Assembly: GCA_049970895.1 (NCBI GenBank)
Contig: JBMFMB010000003.1
Coordinates: forward strand, 1 to 64,000
Direction of reading: 5' to 3'
Length of the DNA stretch: 64,000 bases
Source: Candidatus Bathyarchaeia archaeon
Lineage (GTDB): Archaea > Thermoproteota > Bathyarchaeia > Bathyarchaeales > Bathycorpusculaceae
Part shown: piece by piece, positions 24,843 to 35,307 of the stretch
How the letters are laid out: each line of letters starts with the position of its first letter
How positions within the stretch are numbered: position 1 is the first letter of the stretch
Position numbers and translations under genes: made by a program
The notes under the pieces: model-generated
Database searches by the model: none
The model's input: only the letters and a program-made list of their open reading frames with translations
Told to the model about the DNA's origin: nothing

Positions 24843-27518
24843 ATGAAGAACAAAAGCAAAGTTATAGCCTTAACCCTCGTTGTAATTTTCAGTTTGGCAA
24901 TATTCTCCCTTATCAGTTTACCTCCAGCTGTGAGGGCAACTTATTTTGAGGGAGAAATCACCATTGATACTGTTTGGACTCTTGTTGACAGCCCTTTCAT
25001 CCTCTCCGGAAACGTCACCATCCTTGAAGGCGTAACACTAACCATCGAACCGGGAGTTGAGGTAAGATTCGGCGGAAAGTTCTCAATCATCGTTAATGGG
25101 AGACTCATCGCGAAGGGAACATCTGAATTTAACAAGCTGATAAAATTCACCTCAAATAAAGAAGAGCCTGAACCTGGAGACTGGGGAACCATCTACTTTA
25201 ATGGAACTGGCCAGCCTCCTTCGCTTCTGGAAAACTGCATAATAGAATATGGAATAAGTGGCACAACAATAGTTGATGGAGAACTAACTATCCGAAGCAG
25301 TATCATACGCTTAAACTCTGAAAAGGGAGTAATGGCATTAAACGGATCAGCGACAATTGAACATAGCAACTTGATATACAATAATACTGCAAGCGGCATC
25401 TACATATCTGGAGGCGATGTAACAGTTAGCGCCAGCAATGTAACATTTAATAAAGAAGGTATAACCCTAACGGGAAACCTAACAACATCCAATATTAACA
25501 TAACAAAAAACATCATAGCCAACAATATATACGGAATAAAGTTGGACATTGAAGATTACAACAGAGAAGGCTTATTCATCGAAAAGAACAGAGTCCATTC
25601 CAACGATTATGGCTTTTATGTCTTGACAAACAACACGGTCATAACAAGAAACTACATTTACAACAACAGCGAAGCTGGAATTTTCTATGGACAAGGAAAA
25701 CATGAAGCCCATTTCAACGATATTTACAACAATACTCGCGGTATGGAAGTTGCTAATGCCATTGTAGATGCAACATATAACTATTGGGGTCATTGGAACG
25801 GACCTTATCATGAATTACTTAACCCACATGGTAAAGGCAACCCTGTAAGCGGCGATGCAGCCAACGTGCACCTCATATTCTTCCTATCAGCCTCAATAGA
25901 CCATGAGAACCATCCGCCGAAGGCTGTTCTCTGGACGGACAAAGTGAATGTGGCGCCGGGACAAAACGTTACCTTCGTCGGCACCAACTCGTTTGATGAA
26001 GACGAATATGGTAGGATTGACTACTACCTATACAACTTTGGAGATAGCAAAAATACAAGTTGGACAACTTCGTCTATGTTCTTCCACTCATACGTTTTGC
26101 CCGGCGAATATAATGCAAGCTTACAGGTGAGAGATGACTTTAACAGCACAAGTGAGGTTGCCACAACAACCATAAAGGTTGTGGATCTTCCAATTTTAGA
26201 GGTGTCATTAGTCCTTAGCAATTATATTGTTGATTACAACTCGACGGTTTCAACCACAATTTATGTCACGAATGGCACACATCCTACTGCTTCAGCCAAT
26301 GTAACCTTGTTCGCCGTAGCAAAAGGTTTCTTTGCAAACTTCACTAGCTCAACAAATTCCTCTGGATATTCCACACTAACTTTTGCTGCTCCAAATGTTA
26401 AAGATGTCACAGACATTAGAATCATAGCTAGAGCATCGAAGAATGGATATGCCGATGGGTCAGCCTATGATTATTTGAGGGTTCTTCCACCGCTAAATGT
26501 TGCATTGGAGCCTGACCGCGAGAAACTTTTCTCAGATGAGACAATGAGCGTTAGGGTGAACGTAACCGACGCTTATGGAAAACCCGTCGTAGACGTGCTT
26601 GTTCATCTGTTTATGAATGGCTCGCTCATTAGTGAGGAGCTGACTGGCATTAATGGAATAGTCATATTCAATTTTACTACGCCTATAGTTTATGAGAATT
26701 CAACGTTGGCCATTCAGGTTGAAGCCGTCAAGAATTTGTATGCAAAAGGCTTCGCCATATGCATTATTAAAGTTATGCCTAAAGTGCTTGTTGTTCATGT
26801 GACCGCCGACCGCAATGTGACTGTTTCCGAAGAGGAAGTCAGCGTGTTTGTCCACGTGGAGTATGATGGGGTACCCATACCCAATGCTAGCGTAACGCTA
26901 TCCTTTAATTTTTCCGCACTTCCGCCTTTAACTGCATTCACAAGCAACTATGGCAATGCAACATTCACTTTCAACATGACAGCAATCCCCCACGATATGT
27001 TGATTGCTATTACAGCAGCAGCCAAGAAGGATGGCTATGCCGAAAACTATGACACACTCTTGCTGATGGCGAAGCCTGGAAACCTAACAGCCTTCGTTTA
27101 TGCTGTTCCATACGCTGTTAAGCCCGGCGAATCTTCCAGGGTGGTCGTTTACGTTAAATGTGGTGAGAGGCCTGTTGCAAATGCAAATGTCACTGTAACA
27201 GCTACAATTGAAGGCTTCGTTCCAATAACTTTGTCCACGGATGTTAGTGGCTTTTGTGAATTGTATATCCATGCTCCCCAAACAGCTAAGCCTTTGAATG
27301 TAAGCATTGCTGTGGATGTAGCCAAAGTAGGGTATAATAGTGTGCACTTGCCGAATTGTTCCTTCTTCAACGTTGTTCCTGAGGCTGGCGGGATACCTTG
27401 GCTTACTATTTTGTTTGTGCTTATTCCAATGTTGCTTGTGGTTGTGATTGTTGTGTTGGTGAAGTTGGGGGTCCTTCGGGTTTCGTTTAGTGAGGAAGAG
27501 GAAGGTAGCGTTTCGTAA
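24843..27518 (+). CDS. surface glycoprotein with beta-helix, PKD and Ig-like repeats and a C-terminal TM anchor
   Basis: Signal peptide, TLTIEPGV, NN-GI repeats, ATYNYWG, YNFGD..HSY..PGEY PKD, repeated PxxxAxV..T...G units, many NxS/T sites. Confidence 0.85.
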   Translation: MKNKSKVIALTLVVIFSLAIFSLISLPPAVRATYFEGEITIDTVWTLVDSPFILSGNVTILEGVTLTIEPGVEVRFGGKFSIIVNGRLIAKGTSEFNKLIKFTSNKEEPEPGDWGTIYFNGTGQPPSLLENCIIEYGISGTTIVDGELTIRSSIIRLNSEKGVMALNGSATIEHSNLIYNNTASGIYISGGDVTVSASNVTFNKEGITLTGNLTTSNINITKNIIANNIYGIKLDIEDYNREGLFIEKNRVHSNDYGFYVLTNNTVITRNYIYNNSEAGIFYGQGKHEAHFNDIYNNTRGMEVANAIVDATYNYWGHWNGPYHELLNPHGKGNPVSGDAANVHLIFFLSASIDHENHPPKAVLWTDKVNVAPGQNVTFVGTNSFDEDEYGRIDYYLYNFGDSKNTSWTTSSMFFHSYVLPGEYNASLQVRDDFNSTSEVATTTIKVVDLPILEVSLVLSNYIVDYNSTVSTTIYVTNGTHPTASANVTLFAVAKGFFANFTSSTNSSGYSTLTFAAPNVKDVTDIRIIARASKNGYADGSAYDYLRVLPPLNVALEPDREKLFSDETMSVRVNVTDAYGKPVVDVLVHLFMNGSLISEELTGINGIVIFNFTTPIVYENSTLAIQVEAVKNLYAKGFAICIIKVMPKVLVVHVTADRNVTVSEEEVSVFVHVEYDGVPIPNASVTLSFNFSALPPLTAFTSNYGNATFTFNMTAIPHDMLIAITAAAKKDGYAENYDTLLLMAKPGNLTAFVYAVPYAVKPGESSRVVVYVKCGERPVANANVTVTATIEGFVPITLSTDVSGFCELYIHAPQTAKPLNVSIAVDVAKVGYNSVHLPNCSFFNVVPEAGGIPWLTILFVLIPMLLVVVIVVLVKLGVLRVSFSEEEEGSVS

Positions 27519-27577
27519 GACGTAATATTTAATAACCAAAGTGTACAGATACATAACATAAGTACAGGAGAAGATAC

Positions 27578-29206
27578 ATGGCTAAACTACGCCTCAAAGA
27601 AAAACTCGCAAAAATCAAGAAAATAAGGATAGAATTCAACATTGGAAAACCCAAAAAAGTGGCTATTCCACCACCCCCGCCAAAGCCCATTCCGAAAGGC
27701 TTCAAAGTTGTGGAGAGATATCCGCTCTACGAGCCCTTCGCCCATGTAGCCATAGTTCAAAACCCAAAAACTGGCGAGTACAAGTATATCCTAGACGAGT
27801 TGCAGCTCGACCCATTAGAAAGGAGCGTTTACAACCGCATATTGGAAATACTCCTCGCCGAAATAGAGTCTCCTAAAGAGGAGATAGCCGACCCTAGAAA
27901 ATTCTTTGCAGAAGAAGCCAAAAAAATTGTTGATAAGTACCGTATAAGCTTAGGGTGGCTTCCAGATGTTTCATGGTACAAGATTCTATACCATGCTGAG
28001 CGGGACCTTGTTGGTTTTGGTAGAATTGACCCATTAATGAGGGACCCAAACATTGAGGATATTTCATGTGACGGTGTGAATAAGCCTGTCTATGTCTGGC
28101 ACAGAAGTTACGAAAGCATCGAGACAAACCTGGAATTTGAAAATGATGAAGAACTTGACAACATGGTTGTTAAGCTTGTCCACATGGCTGGGAAACACGT
28201 AAGCTCAGCCTTCCCAATAGTGGATGCCTCGCTTCCCGGGAAGCATAGGCTTGCAGTCTGTTATAGGCGTGAAATCACGCCCTTCGGCACAGCCTTCACA
28301 ATTAGGAAGTTTAGGGAAGACCCCTACTCAATAATAGACCTTATAAACCTTGGCACGTTCTCGGAGGAGATGGCTGCCTACTTCTGGCTTTGCCTAGAAA
28401 ACAGAACCTCAATCATGGTTTTGGGAGGAACGGCAGCTGGGAAAACAACAGCCCTGAACGCCTTGGCATGCCTAATCAGACCTGGAAGCAAGATAATCAC
28501 GATAGAGGAGACGGCGGAGCTTAACCTCCCCCACGAAAACTGGGTCTCCCTCATTGCCAGACAAAGTTACGGGCTTGGCGGAAGCAGTGTTGGCGAGGTA
28601 ACCCTCTTCGACCTCGTTAAAACCTCTATGAGGCATCGTCCAGACGTGCTCATAGTCGGTGAGGTTAGAGGACAAGAAGCCTACGTGCTTTTCCAGGCGC
28701 TTGCCACAGGCCACGGTGGCATGTGCACAATGCACGCTGAAAATCTAGATTCAGCTATAAAGCGTTTGACCCAGAAGCCCATGGACATTGCACCAGCCTA
28801 TATCCCATTAATGAACATTGTCTTGTCAGTTCAGCGAGTGCACCTGCAAAAATCCGGCGAAAGGAAAGCCTACAGGCGTGTAATGAACGTGAACGAAATT
28901 GCCGACTACGAGGATTACCGCTGCACATTCAAGTGGCATCCAGTAAAGGATGAGCATATACCATCACTCGACAAGAGCATAATGCTGGCTGGAATTTCAG
29001 AGCGGCTAGGCTTAAGCAAGAAGGACCTATTAGAGGAAATTGATAGGCGAAAGCAGATCTTGCACTGGATGAGGGAGCGCAACATAAGAAGCTACAGGGA
29101 TGTAGCCGCAATAATTGCGGAATACTACGCAAGGCCAAAACAGTTCTATGAGAAGGTTCTCGCCGGGGAGGAGGTGAAGGCGGTTGCCGTTTCTAGAAAC
29201 CCTTGA
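27578..29206 (+). CDS. type IV pilus assembly ATPase (VirB11/TadA/FlaI family)
   Basis: DPNIEDISCDG, GGTAAGKTT, TIEETAEL, RHRPD..VGEVRG, TGHGG..TMHA. Confidence 0.95.
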   Translation: MAKLRLKEKLAKIKKIRIEFNIGKPKKVAIPPPPPKPIPKGFKVVERYPLYEPFAHVAIVQNPKTGEYKYILDELQLDPLERSVYNRILEILLAEIESPKEEIADPRKFFAEEAKKIVDKYRISLGWLPDVSWYKILYHAERDLVGFGRIDPLMRDPNIEDISCDGVNKPVYVWHRSYESIETNLEFENDEELDNMVVKLVHMAGKHVSSAFPIVDASLPGKHRLAVCYRREITPFGTAFTIRKFREDPYSIIDLINLGTFSEEMAAYFWLCLENRTSIMVLGGTAAGKTTALNALACLIRPGSKIITIEETAELNLPHENWVSLIARQSYGLGGSSVGEVTLFDLVKTSMRHRPDVLIVGEVRGQEAYVLFQALATGHGGMCTMHAENLDSAIKRLTQKPMDIAPAYIPLMNIVLSVQRVHLQKSGERKAYRRVMNVNEIADYEDYRCTFKWHPVKDEHIPSLDKSIMLAGISERLGLSKKDLLEEIDRRKQILHWMRERNIRSYRDVAAIIAEYYARPKQFYEKVLAGEEVKAVAVSRNP

Positions 29207-30887
29207 GGCATGGTCCTTCCGCATCTTCGGGCGAGCAGCACCCTTCTTCCTAAGGCATGTCGTTGAGTTTAAAGACTATTTGGAAAGGGCGAAAATCAAA
29301 ATCTACCCTGAAACCTATGTTTCACTGATGCTTTTTGTATCAGTTCTAACAATCCCGGTATCCTTAATCTCCATAATAGTGTTATACTTTTTCGCATTTC
29401 TGCCAGCCATATTCCTCGTTCCATTTCCAATTTACGTTATGATAGGGTTCTTCCTAATACCATTGTCAAGGGCTGGTGAGAGGGCCTCAAATCTTGAGAG
29501 GGAGATGCCCTTCGTAGCGGCTTACATCAGCGTTATGGCTTCTGGCGGCATAGCTCCATACACGAGTTTTAAGCGGTTAGCCGAGGTTGAGCTGATGCCA
29601 GCTATGCGAAGCGAAGCCAGAGAAATAATAAAGGATGTGGAAATCTTTGGAATAGACCCCTTGACGGCAATGGAGAACGCAGCTAAAAGAAATCCCCTAG
29701 ACATTTTCAAAGACTTTTTGGCAGGCTACGCCTCAACAGTCATAATAGGCGGTGATATTGGGCACTTCCTTGAGAGAAAGGCTGAGGACATTTTCAAAAC
29801 CAGGGCTATGCGGGTGAAGGCTGCCGCTGAAAGGCTTGGAATGCTCCTAGAAACCTTCATAATTGTCATGGTTCTGATGTCCATGTGCTTCTTCATTCTC
29901 TTTGCTGTGGAAAGCATGCCTGGCGTCAGTGGAGGAGGGGGAGTTTCCATGCAGTCTGGAATAATCCTCTACACCTACATATTCACGCCCATGCTTTCGC
30001 TAGTCTTCATTTATTTGGCGCATAGCATGCAGCCTAAAACACCAGTTGTGGACATGCGCCCCTACAAGGTTTTCGGGATATGCAGCATTTTTGGCATAGC
30101 ATTGCTATTGTTATTAACCAACTTCTTCGGACTCATCAATATTCCTTTTCTAAGCCCGGTTCAAAAAATGGTGGACTTACCAACGGCAATAGCAATAGCC
30201 CTCTTTGTTACAACGGCTCCTGCAGCTGTAGTATACCACAAGATTAGCAGTTACAAGGCAAGTATGGAACAGGGAATCAACAGCTTCCTGAGGGACCTGA
30301 CAGAGGTTAGGAAGACTGGCCTGTCACCGGAAAAATGCATAGAAAGCCTATCAAACCGTGATTATGGTGTTTTCAGCAGGGAACTGCGCAAAATCAGCTC
30401 AGAAATTTCATGGGGTGTTCCGGTTAGGAAGGTTATTATGGACTTTGTCAAGCGCACGAAGAGCTGGCTTGCCCAGCTTGTCATGTTCCTCCTCGTTGAA
30501 ACAATAGATGTGGGCGGAGGCACAATAGCCATGATTGAGTCCCTTGCAAGATTCAACAACCTTACACAGGAGGTTGAAAAAGAGAAGAAGATGGCTACAC
30601 GTCCCTATGTTATGATGCCCTACTTCGCTGCAATCCTCCTAGTGGCAACGACACTTATGATGCTAAACTTCGCCACAGCCACAAGAGAAGTTGCCGGAGG
30701 CAGTCCAGCAGCAGATATGACCGGCATAAAAATGATTTTCACCACGTCGGTGATTTTCCACAGCTATTTGATAGGCATTGTGGCTGGCAAAATAAGCGAG
30801 GAATCCGTGGCTGCTGGCTTTAAGCATGGCGCAATACTGGTAATAATCGCTGCTTTAGCTGCAAAGGTTGTGCCAATGTTCATGTAA
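29184..30887 (+). CDS. type IV pilus membrane platform (TadB/C, FlaJ-like, two T2SSF domains)
   Basis: Two T2SSF repeats, multi-TM, GKISE..AGFKH; overlaps the ATPase. Confidence 0.9.
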   Translation: MPFLETLEAWSFRIFGRAAPFFLRHVVEFKDYLERAKIKIYPETYVSLMLFVSVLTIPVSLISIIVLYFFAFLPAIFLVPFPIYVMIGFFLIPLSRAGERASNLEREMPFVAAYISVMASGGIAPYTSFKRLAEVELMPAMRSEAREIIKDVEIFGIDPLTAMENAAKRNPLDIFKDFLAGYASTVIIGGDIGHFLERKAEDIFKTRAMRVKAAAERLGMLLETFIIVMVLMSMCFFILFAVESMPGVSGGGGVSMQSGIILYTYIFTPMLSLVFIYLAHSMQPKTPVVDMRPYKVFGICSIFGIALLLLLTNFFGLINIPFLSPVQKMVDLPTAIAIALFVTTAPAAVVYHKISSYKASMEQGINSFLRDLTEVRKTGLSPEKCIESLSNRDYGVFSRELRKISSEISWGVPVRKVIMDFVKRTKSWLAQLVMFLLVETIDVGGGTIAMIESLARFNNLTQEVEKEKKMATRPYVMMPYFAAILLVATTLMMLNFATATREVAGGSPAADMTGIKMIFTTSVIFHSYLIGIVAGKISEESVAAGFKHGAILVIIAALAAKVVPMFM

Positions 30888-30900
30888 AAGAGGGAAAAGA

Positions 30901-31725
30901 GTGGAGTTTAAACTCAAACTTTCAAAAAGTTCTGGGTTGAAGAAGAATAGGAAAGCTGTTAGCCCAGCGATCTCCATGGTTATCATAACAGCTGTTACTA
31001 TCGTATTGGTTTTGGTGGCTGGTAACTATGCTTACCAAGTTTTGGAGCGTCAGAGGGGGACTTCCGAATTTGACACTGTAAAGAAGTCTTTCATAACTTT
31101 TGATGACGCAATAAGAGATATTGCATGGGACAAAAGTGGAGCACGTTCCGCGCGGTTTACAATTAATTATGGCGTATTAGAGGTGGTGCCAGCTAACGAA
31201 GTGAAAGGATTACCCGTAAACGTTACAGTTATAGGATACCCTGAAGCAAAATATGCTGGTTTTACCGGATATCTAAGGTACAACTTGTCTACATACTATG
31301 TCACATTTGGAAAAGGCTACAAATCATATTTATTTGGAGATAACAAAACAATAATATCAAAAAGTACTGAAAATTTTGGCGCTGTACTGGTTGAACAGCA
31401 GTCAATGTGGATCTCTCTGTCGCTTTATTATAGGGTTAGGGTTTCAAGAACTTCCGTAGTCCGAGTGGGCAACGACATCGTCAACTATGTTGAGATATTG
31501 ATCATTAAATTAACGGCGATACGATGGTCCGTTTATAAGGGTGATATCGATCTGGCGGCTAGGAATAATGCTATAACAACGAAATCTTACGGGCCATATA
31601 ATGCTGGAAACAGCTGTACTGTTTCGGTCAGCATAGGTGAATTAAGCAACACAATACCAGTGAACCTAACGCCTGGAAAAGTTGTCTTTAACTTTGTCAT
31701 AGCAGAGGTTCAAGTGGGTGCTTAA
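30901..31725 (+). CDS. minor pilin-like protein
   Basis: Class III signal KKNRKA|VSPAISMVIITAV. Confidence 0.8.
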   Translation: MEFKLKLSKSSGLKKNRKAVSPAISMVIITAVTIVLVLVAGNYAYQVLERQRGTSEFDTVKKSFITFDDAIRDIAWDKSGARSARFTINYGVLEVVPANEVKGLPVNVTVIGYPEAKYAGFTGYLRYNLSTYYVTFGKGYKSYLFGDNKTIISKSTENFGAVLVEQQSMWISLSLYYRVRVSRTSVVRVGNDIVNYVEILIIKLTAIRWSVYKGDIDLAARNNAITTKSYGPYNAGNSCTVSVSIGELSNTIPVNLTPGKVVFNFVIAEVQVGA

Positions 31726-31738
31726 GGGGGGTTAAAAA

Positions 31739-32203
31739 CTGCCTGCGCCAACAATTAGCTATCTCATTTGCACTTCAGCCTTGGTTATGTTAATTTTTCT
31801 TATGCCCTTCTTTTATGCCATGGCAGTTGACAATATTCGTTTTGGCATGGTTCGCAGGGAGTTGAGGGAAATAGCCGATTATGTTTCTAACACAATAGCC
31901 AACTTATACTTCCTAGTTAACTCAACGGAAATTCAAAGTGTTAATCTGACAAAGGAGCTTGTGTATTTGCCCTCCTCTGTTGAAAATTTTGTTTACGTTT
32001 TAAGAATTGAGGGGAGCGGCGGTACAGCTTTAAAAGTGATCGCTTATTTGAAGGATAGGTCTTCTGTTTTGGCTGATACGTGGTTGACCCCAGGGTTAAA
32101 AGTTGATGCTGCAAGAAACTCTGTTGTTAGTTGTGGTTGGACTGTGGTTGTCGGTTGTTATCGGAATAGTGCTGGTGTTTATGTTTGGATCGGTTATGGT
32201 TGA
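31739..32203 (+). CDS. pilin-like accessory protein, probable CTG start
   Basis: In-frame CTG at 31739 after GGGGGG gives MPAPTISYLICTSALVMLIF hydrophobic N-terminus. Confidence 0.65.
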   Translation: MPAPTISYLICTSALVMLIFLMPFFYAMAVDNIRFGMVRRELREIADYVSNTIANLYFLVNSTEIQSVNLTKELVYLPSSVENFVYVLRIEGSGGTALKVIAYLKDRSSVLADTWLTPGLKVDAARNSVVSCGWTVVVGCYRNSAGVYVWIGYG

Positions 32204-32286
32204 TGAGGTTTATGTATAAGTGATGAACTATTGTTTAGTAAGACTTAATAAATAGGTTTTATTCAGATTAACAAGGGAAATCTAAA

Positions 32287-33447
32287 GTGGTTAACGCCGT
32301 CTACGATCACATAATAGCAATAGTAGTCATCTGTGTAATGTTCGTTGGAGCGGTGGTTGTACTGCCAACGTTAAGTGTGGCAAACATTAAAGCAGTAGAT
32401 CAGCAACAGCTAAGAAACATAGCCTTAAACTTATTTAACACCATGCTACTAGACACGGGAGAACCCATAAACTGGGGTTCCATCGACCCGTTCAATATAA
32501 GTATGATAACTCGGTTCGGACTAGCTAGTGCCCGTGATTCAACGTTATACTTATTAGATCCGAATAAGGTTCAAAGACTGATAAAAGGTAACCCGTTAGG
32601 TGAGTTACCTTATAATGCAGTAAAGGAACTTTTGGGGTTGCAAGGCTATGAATTTACCTTTAAAATAACTCCGCCCTTTAATGTGACGAATCTAGACGGG
32701 ACGAAAATAGATAGTATGCACCCTCCAATAACATTAATAGGTTCTACACTGCGTTATGCGGTTAAAGTTTCTTATCTAGATGGTAGACCAATACCGAATG
32801 CATTAGTTGAGGCAACGGTATACTACACAACAAAAGATGCTTTCTTTATTCTTCGAAGTAGCGCTTCTACTGATTCTTTAGGTCGATGTATACAGAACGT
32901 TACTCTTAACAATCAGAGTAATGATATTCGAAGCATTATAGTGATTTTTAGAGTTACAGTTGCGAACGTAGCTACTATGGTCGTGACTTATACATCTAGT
33001 TTGGTAAGGATTGCAGACATCAATTTAGTAGGCGAAACAATAATACTCACGCGAACAAAGGATACACCATCGGATAACGTATGGATAGTTAATGCCACAT
33101 ATATTACTGGTAATGGAGATTTAAAATATCTATTTAATGCTAGTGCAAAAAATGACAAGCGATATCAGTTGAATACAGGGGCAAAGAGAATGTGGAATGG
33201 AACATACATAGGGCTTTCATATTATGATCCGGTATGCTTTGTCCTTAATTTCTGGGCTGTGGACTCCAATGGAAAGGGCAGGTCAGAAATCGTGATAGCT
33301 GGTCCGTTTCAAAATACAATGGGTTATGCGGTTTTTGATTATGGCAACTCTTTACTTGGGTACGGTTCTGTTAGATTTCAAAGGAGTGTTATTATTTCTG
33401 GTATGACTTATATTGCGGAGTTGTGGCTTTGGAAAGAATCTCCCTAA
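32287..33447 (+). CDS. large pilus-associated protein
   Basis: N-terminal TM, LDTGEPINWG, FGLA, Ig-like DGRPIPNA..TDSLG. Confidence 0.75.
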   Translation: MVNAVYDHIIAIVVICVMFVGAVVVLPTLSVANIKAVDQQQLRNIALNLFNTMLLDTGEPINWGSIDPFNISMITRFGLASARDSTLYLLDPNKVQRLIKGNPLGELPYNAVKELLGLQGYEFTFKITPPFNVTNLDGTKIDSMHPPITLIGSTLRYAVKVSYLDGRPIPNALVEATVYYTTKDAFFILRSSASTDSLGRCIQNVTLNNQSNDIRSIIVIFRVTVANVATMVVTYTSSLVRIADINLVGETIILTRTKDTPSDNVWIVNATYITGNGDLKYLFNASAKNDKRYQLNTGAKRMWNGTYIGLSYYDPVCFVLNFWAVDSNGKGRSEIVIAGPFQNTMGYAVFDYGNSLLGYGSVRFQRSVIISGMTYIAELWLWKESP

Positions 33448-33887
33448 AAGCTAGTGGACAAATGAGAGTCGTTGAAGTCATTCTCGCCTCTTTGGTTATT
33501 GTATTTGCTTTAGCTTTTGCAAACATTCTGGCAATAGCGCCTACAAGTCCAAAGTATGAAGTGACAGAACTGGAAAAAATGGGGTATAACGTTCTTTATG
33601 ATTTAGATAAGCAAGGTCTCCTTGCCAAATTTGTATACAACAAAAACTGGAGCGACCTTCAAGCGGCATTGCGAGTTTTACTACCCTTAGAAGTGTATTT
33701 TAACCTGACTGTATACTACTCAAATGGAACAACAGTTAATGAGGTTCCAATTTTTTATGGTAGTATAGAAACTTTTTCTACGTCTAAAAATGTTGCTTCT
33801 GTGGCCTACGGGTTGTGCGGCTATTCTACAATGGATAAAGCTGTTTATGATCCAAGAACTCTTGTTTTACAACTCGCGAGAGGATAG
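33423..33887 (+). CDS. minor pilin-like protein
   Basis: KASG|QMRVVEVILA class III signal. Confidence 0.75.
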   Translation: MALERISLKASGQMRVVEVILASLVIVFALAFANILAIAPTSPKYEVTELEKMGYNVLYDLDKQGLLAKFVYNKNWSDLQAALRVLLPLEVYFNLTVYYSNGTTVNEVPIFYGSIETFSTSKNVASVAYGLCGYSTMDKAVYDPRTLVLQLARG

Positions 33888-33889
33888 TT

Positions 33890-34651
33890 GTGAGAAAGCT
33901 CATTAGTAATAAAAGAGGACAGTTTGTGATAATTGCTGTTCTAATGATAGCCGTAATGATCATATCTATAGGTGTTTTGATGCATAGAGCAGTAACCTAT
34001 TATAGGCATGAGCCGTGGGAAGAGTATTTGGCGTTGATTGGCAACATAGAGTTAAACTCTAAATGCTTGGTGGAGCTTAGTTTAGCCAACTATAGCCTCA
34101 GTTTAGCAAAAAACGGTAACTGCACGCCAGATACCCTAAAAATCAATTTGGAAAAGTGGAGAGTAGATGTGTCAAAAATATATCCTGGTCGTGGAGTATC
34201 CATAAACTATGAGTTGGCAAATCGTTCATACAACGTTTACGGTGTAGATATAAAATATCTGTTTGGACTAAACTGTAGCTGGTATAAACCCAAATCTTTC
34301 TCGGTAGCAAACGCTACCTTCGCACTTAACATGACATCAATTGGGTTATTTGGCTATAAATTTGGGCATGTGGCTTTTCTAAATTTGACAATAATTAGCG
34401 TAAGAGGAAGCAGGATTAACGTAACTGTAAAAGCGGAGAATAAAACGCCCATTTCTGGTTTGAGAAAAGAGAACTTTCAGGTGAGCCAGGTGTCAAGTAA
34501 TACAACTTTGCAAATTGTTTCTGTTAAATCGTTTTATGATGACAGGGAAATGCTTGTTTATGTAATAGAGTGTAGCCAAAGCGTTAGCGTCCCCATTAAT
34601 GTAAAAGTCTGTGACTTCCGGGGAATTCAAGTTATCGCGAAATATCCTTAA
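33890..34651 (+). CDS. minor pilin-like protein
   Basis: NKRG|QFVIIAVLMIAVMI class III signal. Confidence 0.8.
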   Translation: MRKLISNKRGQFVIIAVLMIAVMIISIGVLMHRAVTYYRHEPWEEYLALIGNIELNSKCLVELSLANYSLSLAKNGNCTPDTLKINLEKWRVDVSKIYPGRGVSINYELANRSYNVYGVDIKYLFGLNCSWYKPKSFSVANATFALNMTSIGLFGYKFGHVAFLNLTIISVRGSRINVTVKAENKTPISGLRKENFQVSQVSSNTTLQIVSVKSFYDDREMLVYVIECSQSVSVPINVKVCDFRGIQVIAKYP

Positions 34652-34692
34652 TAAGCTTTCCACTAAAAGAAAAGAAGACTATGAAAATTGTT

Positions 34693-34733
34693 ATTTTAGA
34701 TTTGGATTGCGAATTCATACAAGTTAAATAAAT
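34693..34733 (+). promoter_or_regulatory. TTCAT-anchored motif plus TATA of the major pilin promoter
   Basis: ATTTTAGATTTGGATTGCGAATTCAT-acaag-TTAAATAAAT, 21/26 to the 7812 copy. Confidence 0.6.
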
Positions 34734-34772
34734 GTTCTTCAGATTTCATAAACAGCAGAAGGTGCAGCCACC

Positions 34773-35225
34773 ATGAAAACCAAAACAGTGTTAAAGTCTA
34801 GGAAGGGTATATCCCCAATCCTCGCAACCCTTCTCCTCATAGTAATAGCCGTAGCAGCCATAGTTGTGACATACGCATGGATAATGATATACATGCGCAG
34901 CGCAGGGTATCAAGCAGGCATACAACTCAATATAGAGGCTATAAGCTGGCCAACCAACAGCATTAAACTTTATGTAAGAAACACTGGAACATCAGATGCA
35001 ACCGTCGACGCGGTTTATGTAGGTACATCCTCAGAAAATCTTGTAAAACAAAATGCAACTTTCAACCCGACTAACAAGGTCGTCGTAGCTAATGGAGGAA
35101 TGATAGAGATAACGATTACCTATGAGTGGACACCTCTAGAAACATACTACTTCAAGGTTGCTCCATCAACTGGACCAGCAGCGGAAGGTAGCGCAAAGGC
35201 ACCAGCATCACCAGCATCACCCTAA
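34773..35225 (+). CDS. major type IV pilin
   Basis: SRKG|ISPILATLLLIVIAVAA, YVRNTG; has its own promoter. Confidence 0.92.
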   Translation: MKTKTVLKSRKGISPILATLLLIVIAVAAIVVTYAWIMIYMRSAGYQAGIQLNIEAISWPTNSIKLYVRNTGTSDATVDAVYVGTSSENLVKQNATFNPTNKVVVANGGMIEITITYEWTPLETYYFKVAPSTGPAAEGSAKAPASPASP

Positions 35226-35307
35226 ACCCTTTTAACACTTTAAACAAGACTTTTGTTAAGCGTTTATAAGATACTTTTTCTAAACCCAAAATAAGCAGTG
35301 ACTAGAA

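Noticed and set aside
32200-32280. TGATGA motifs suggesting another C/D sRNA
   Set aside because: No properly spaced CTGA D or D' boxes.
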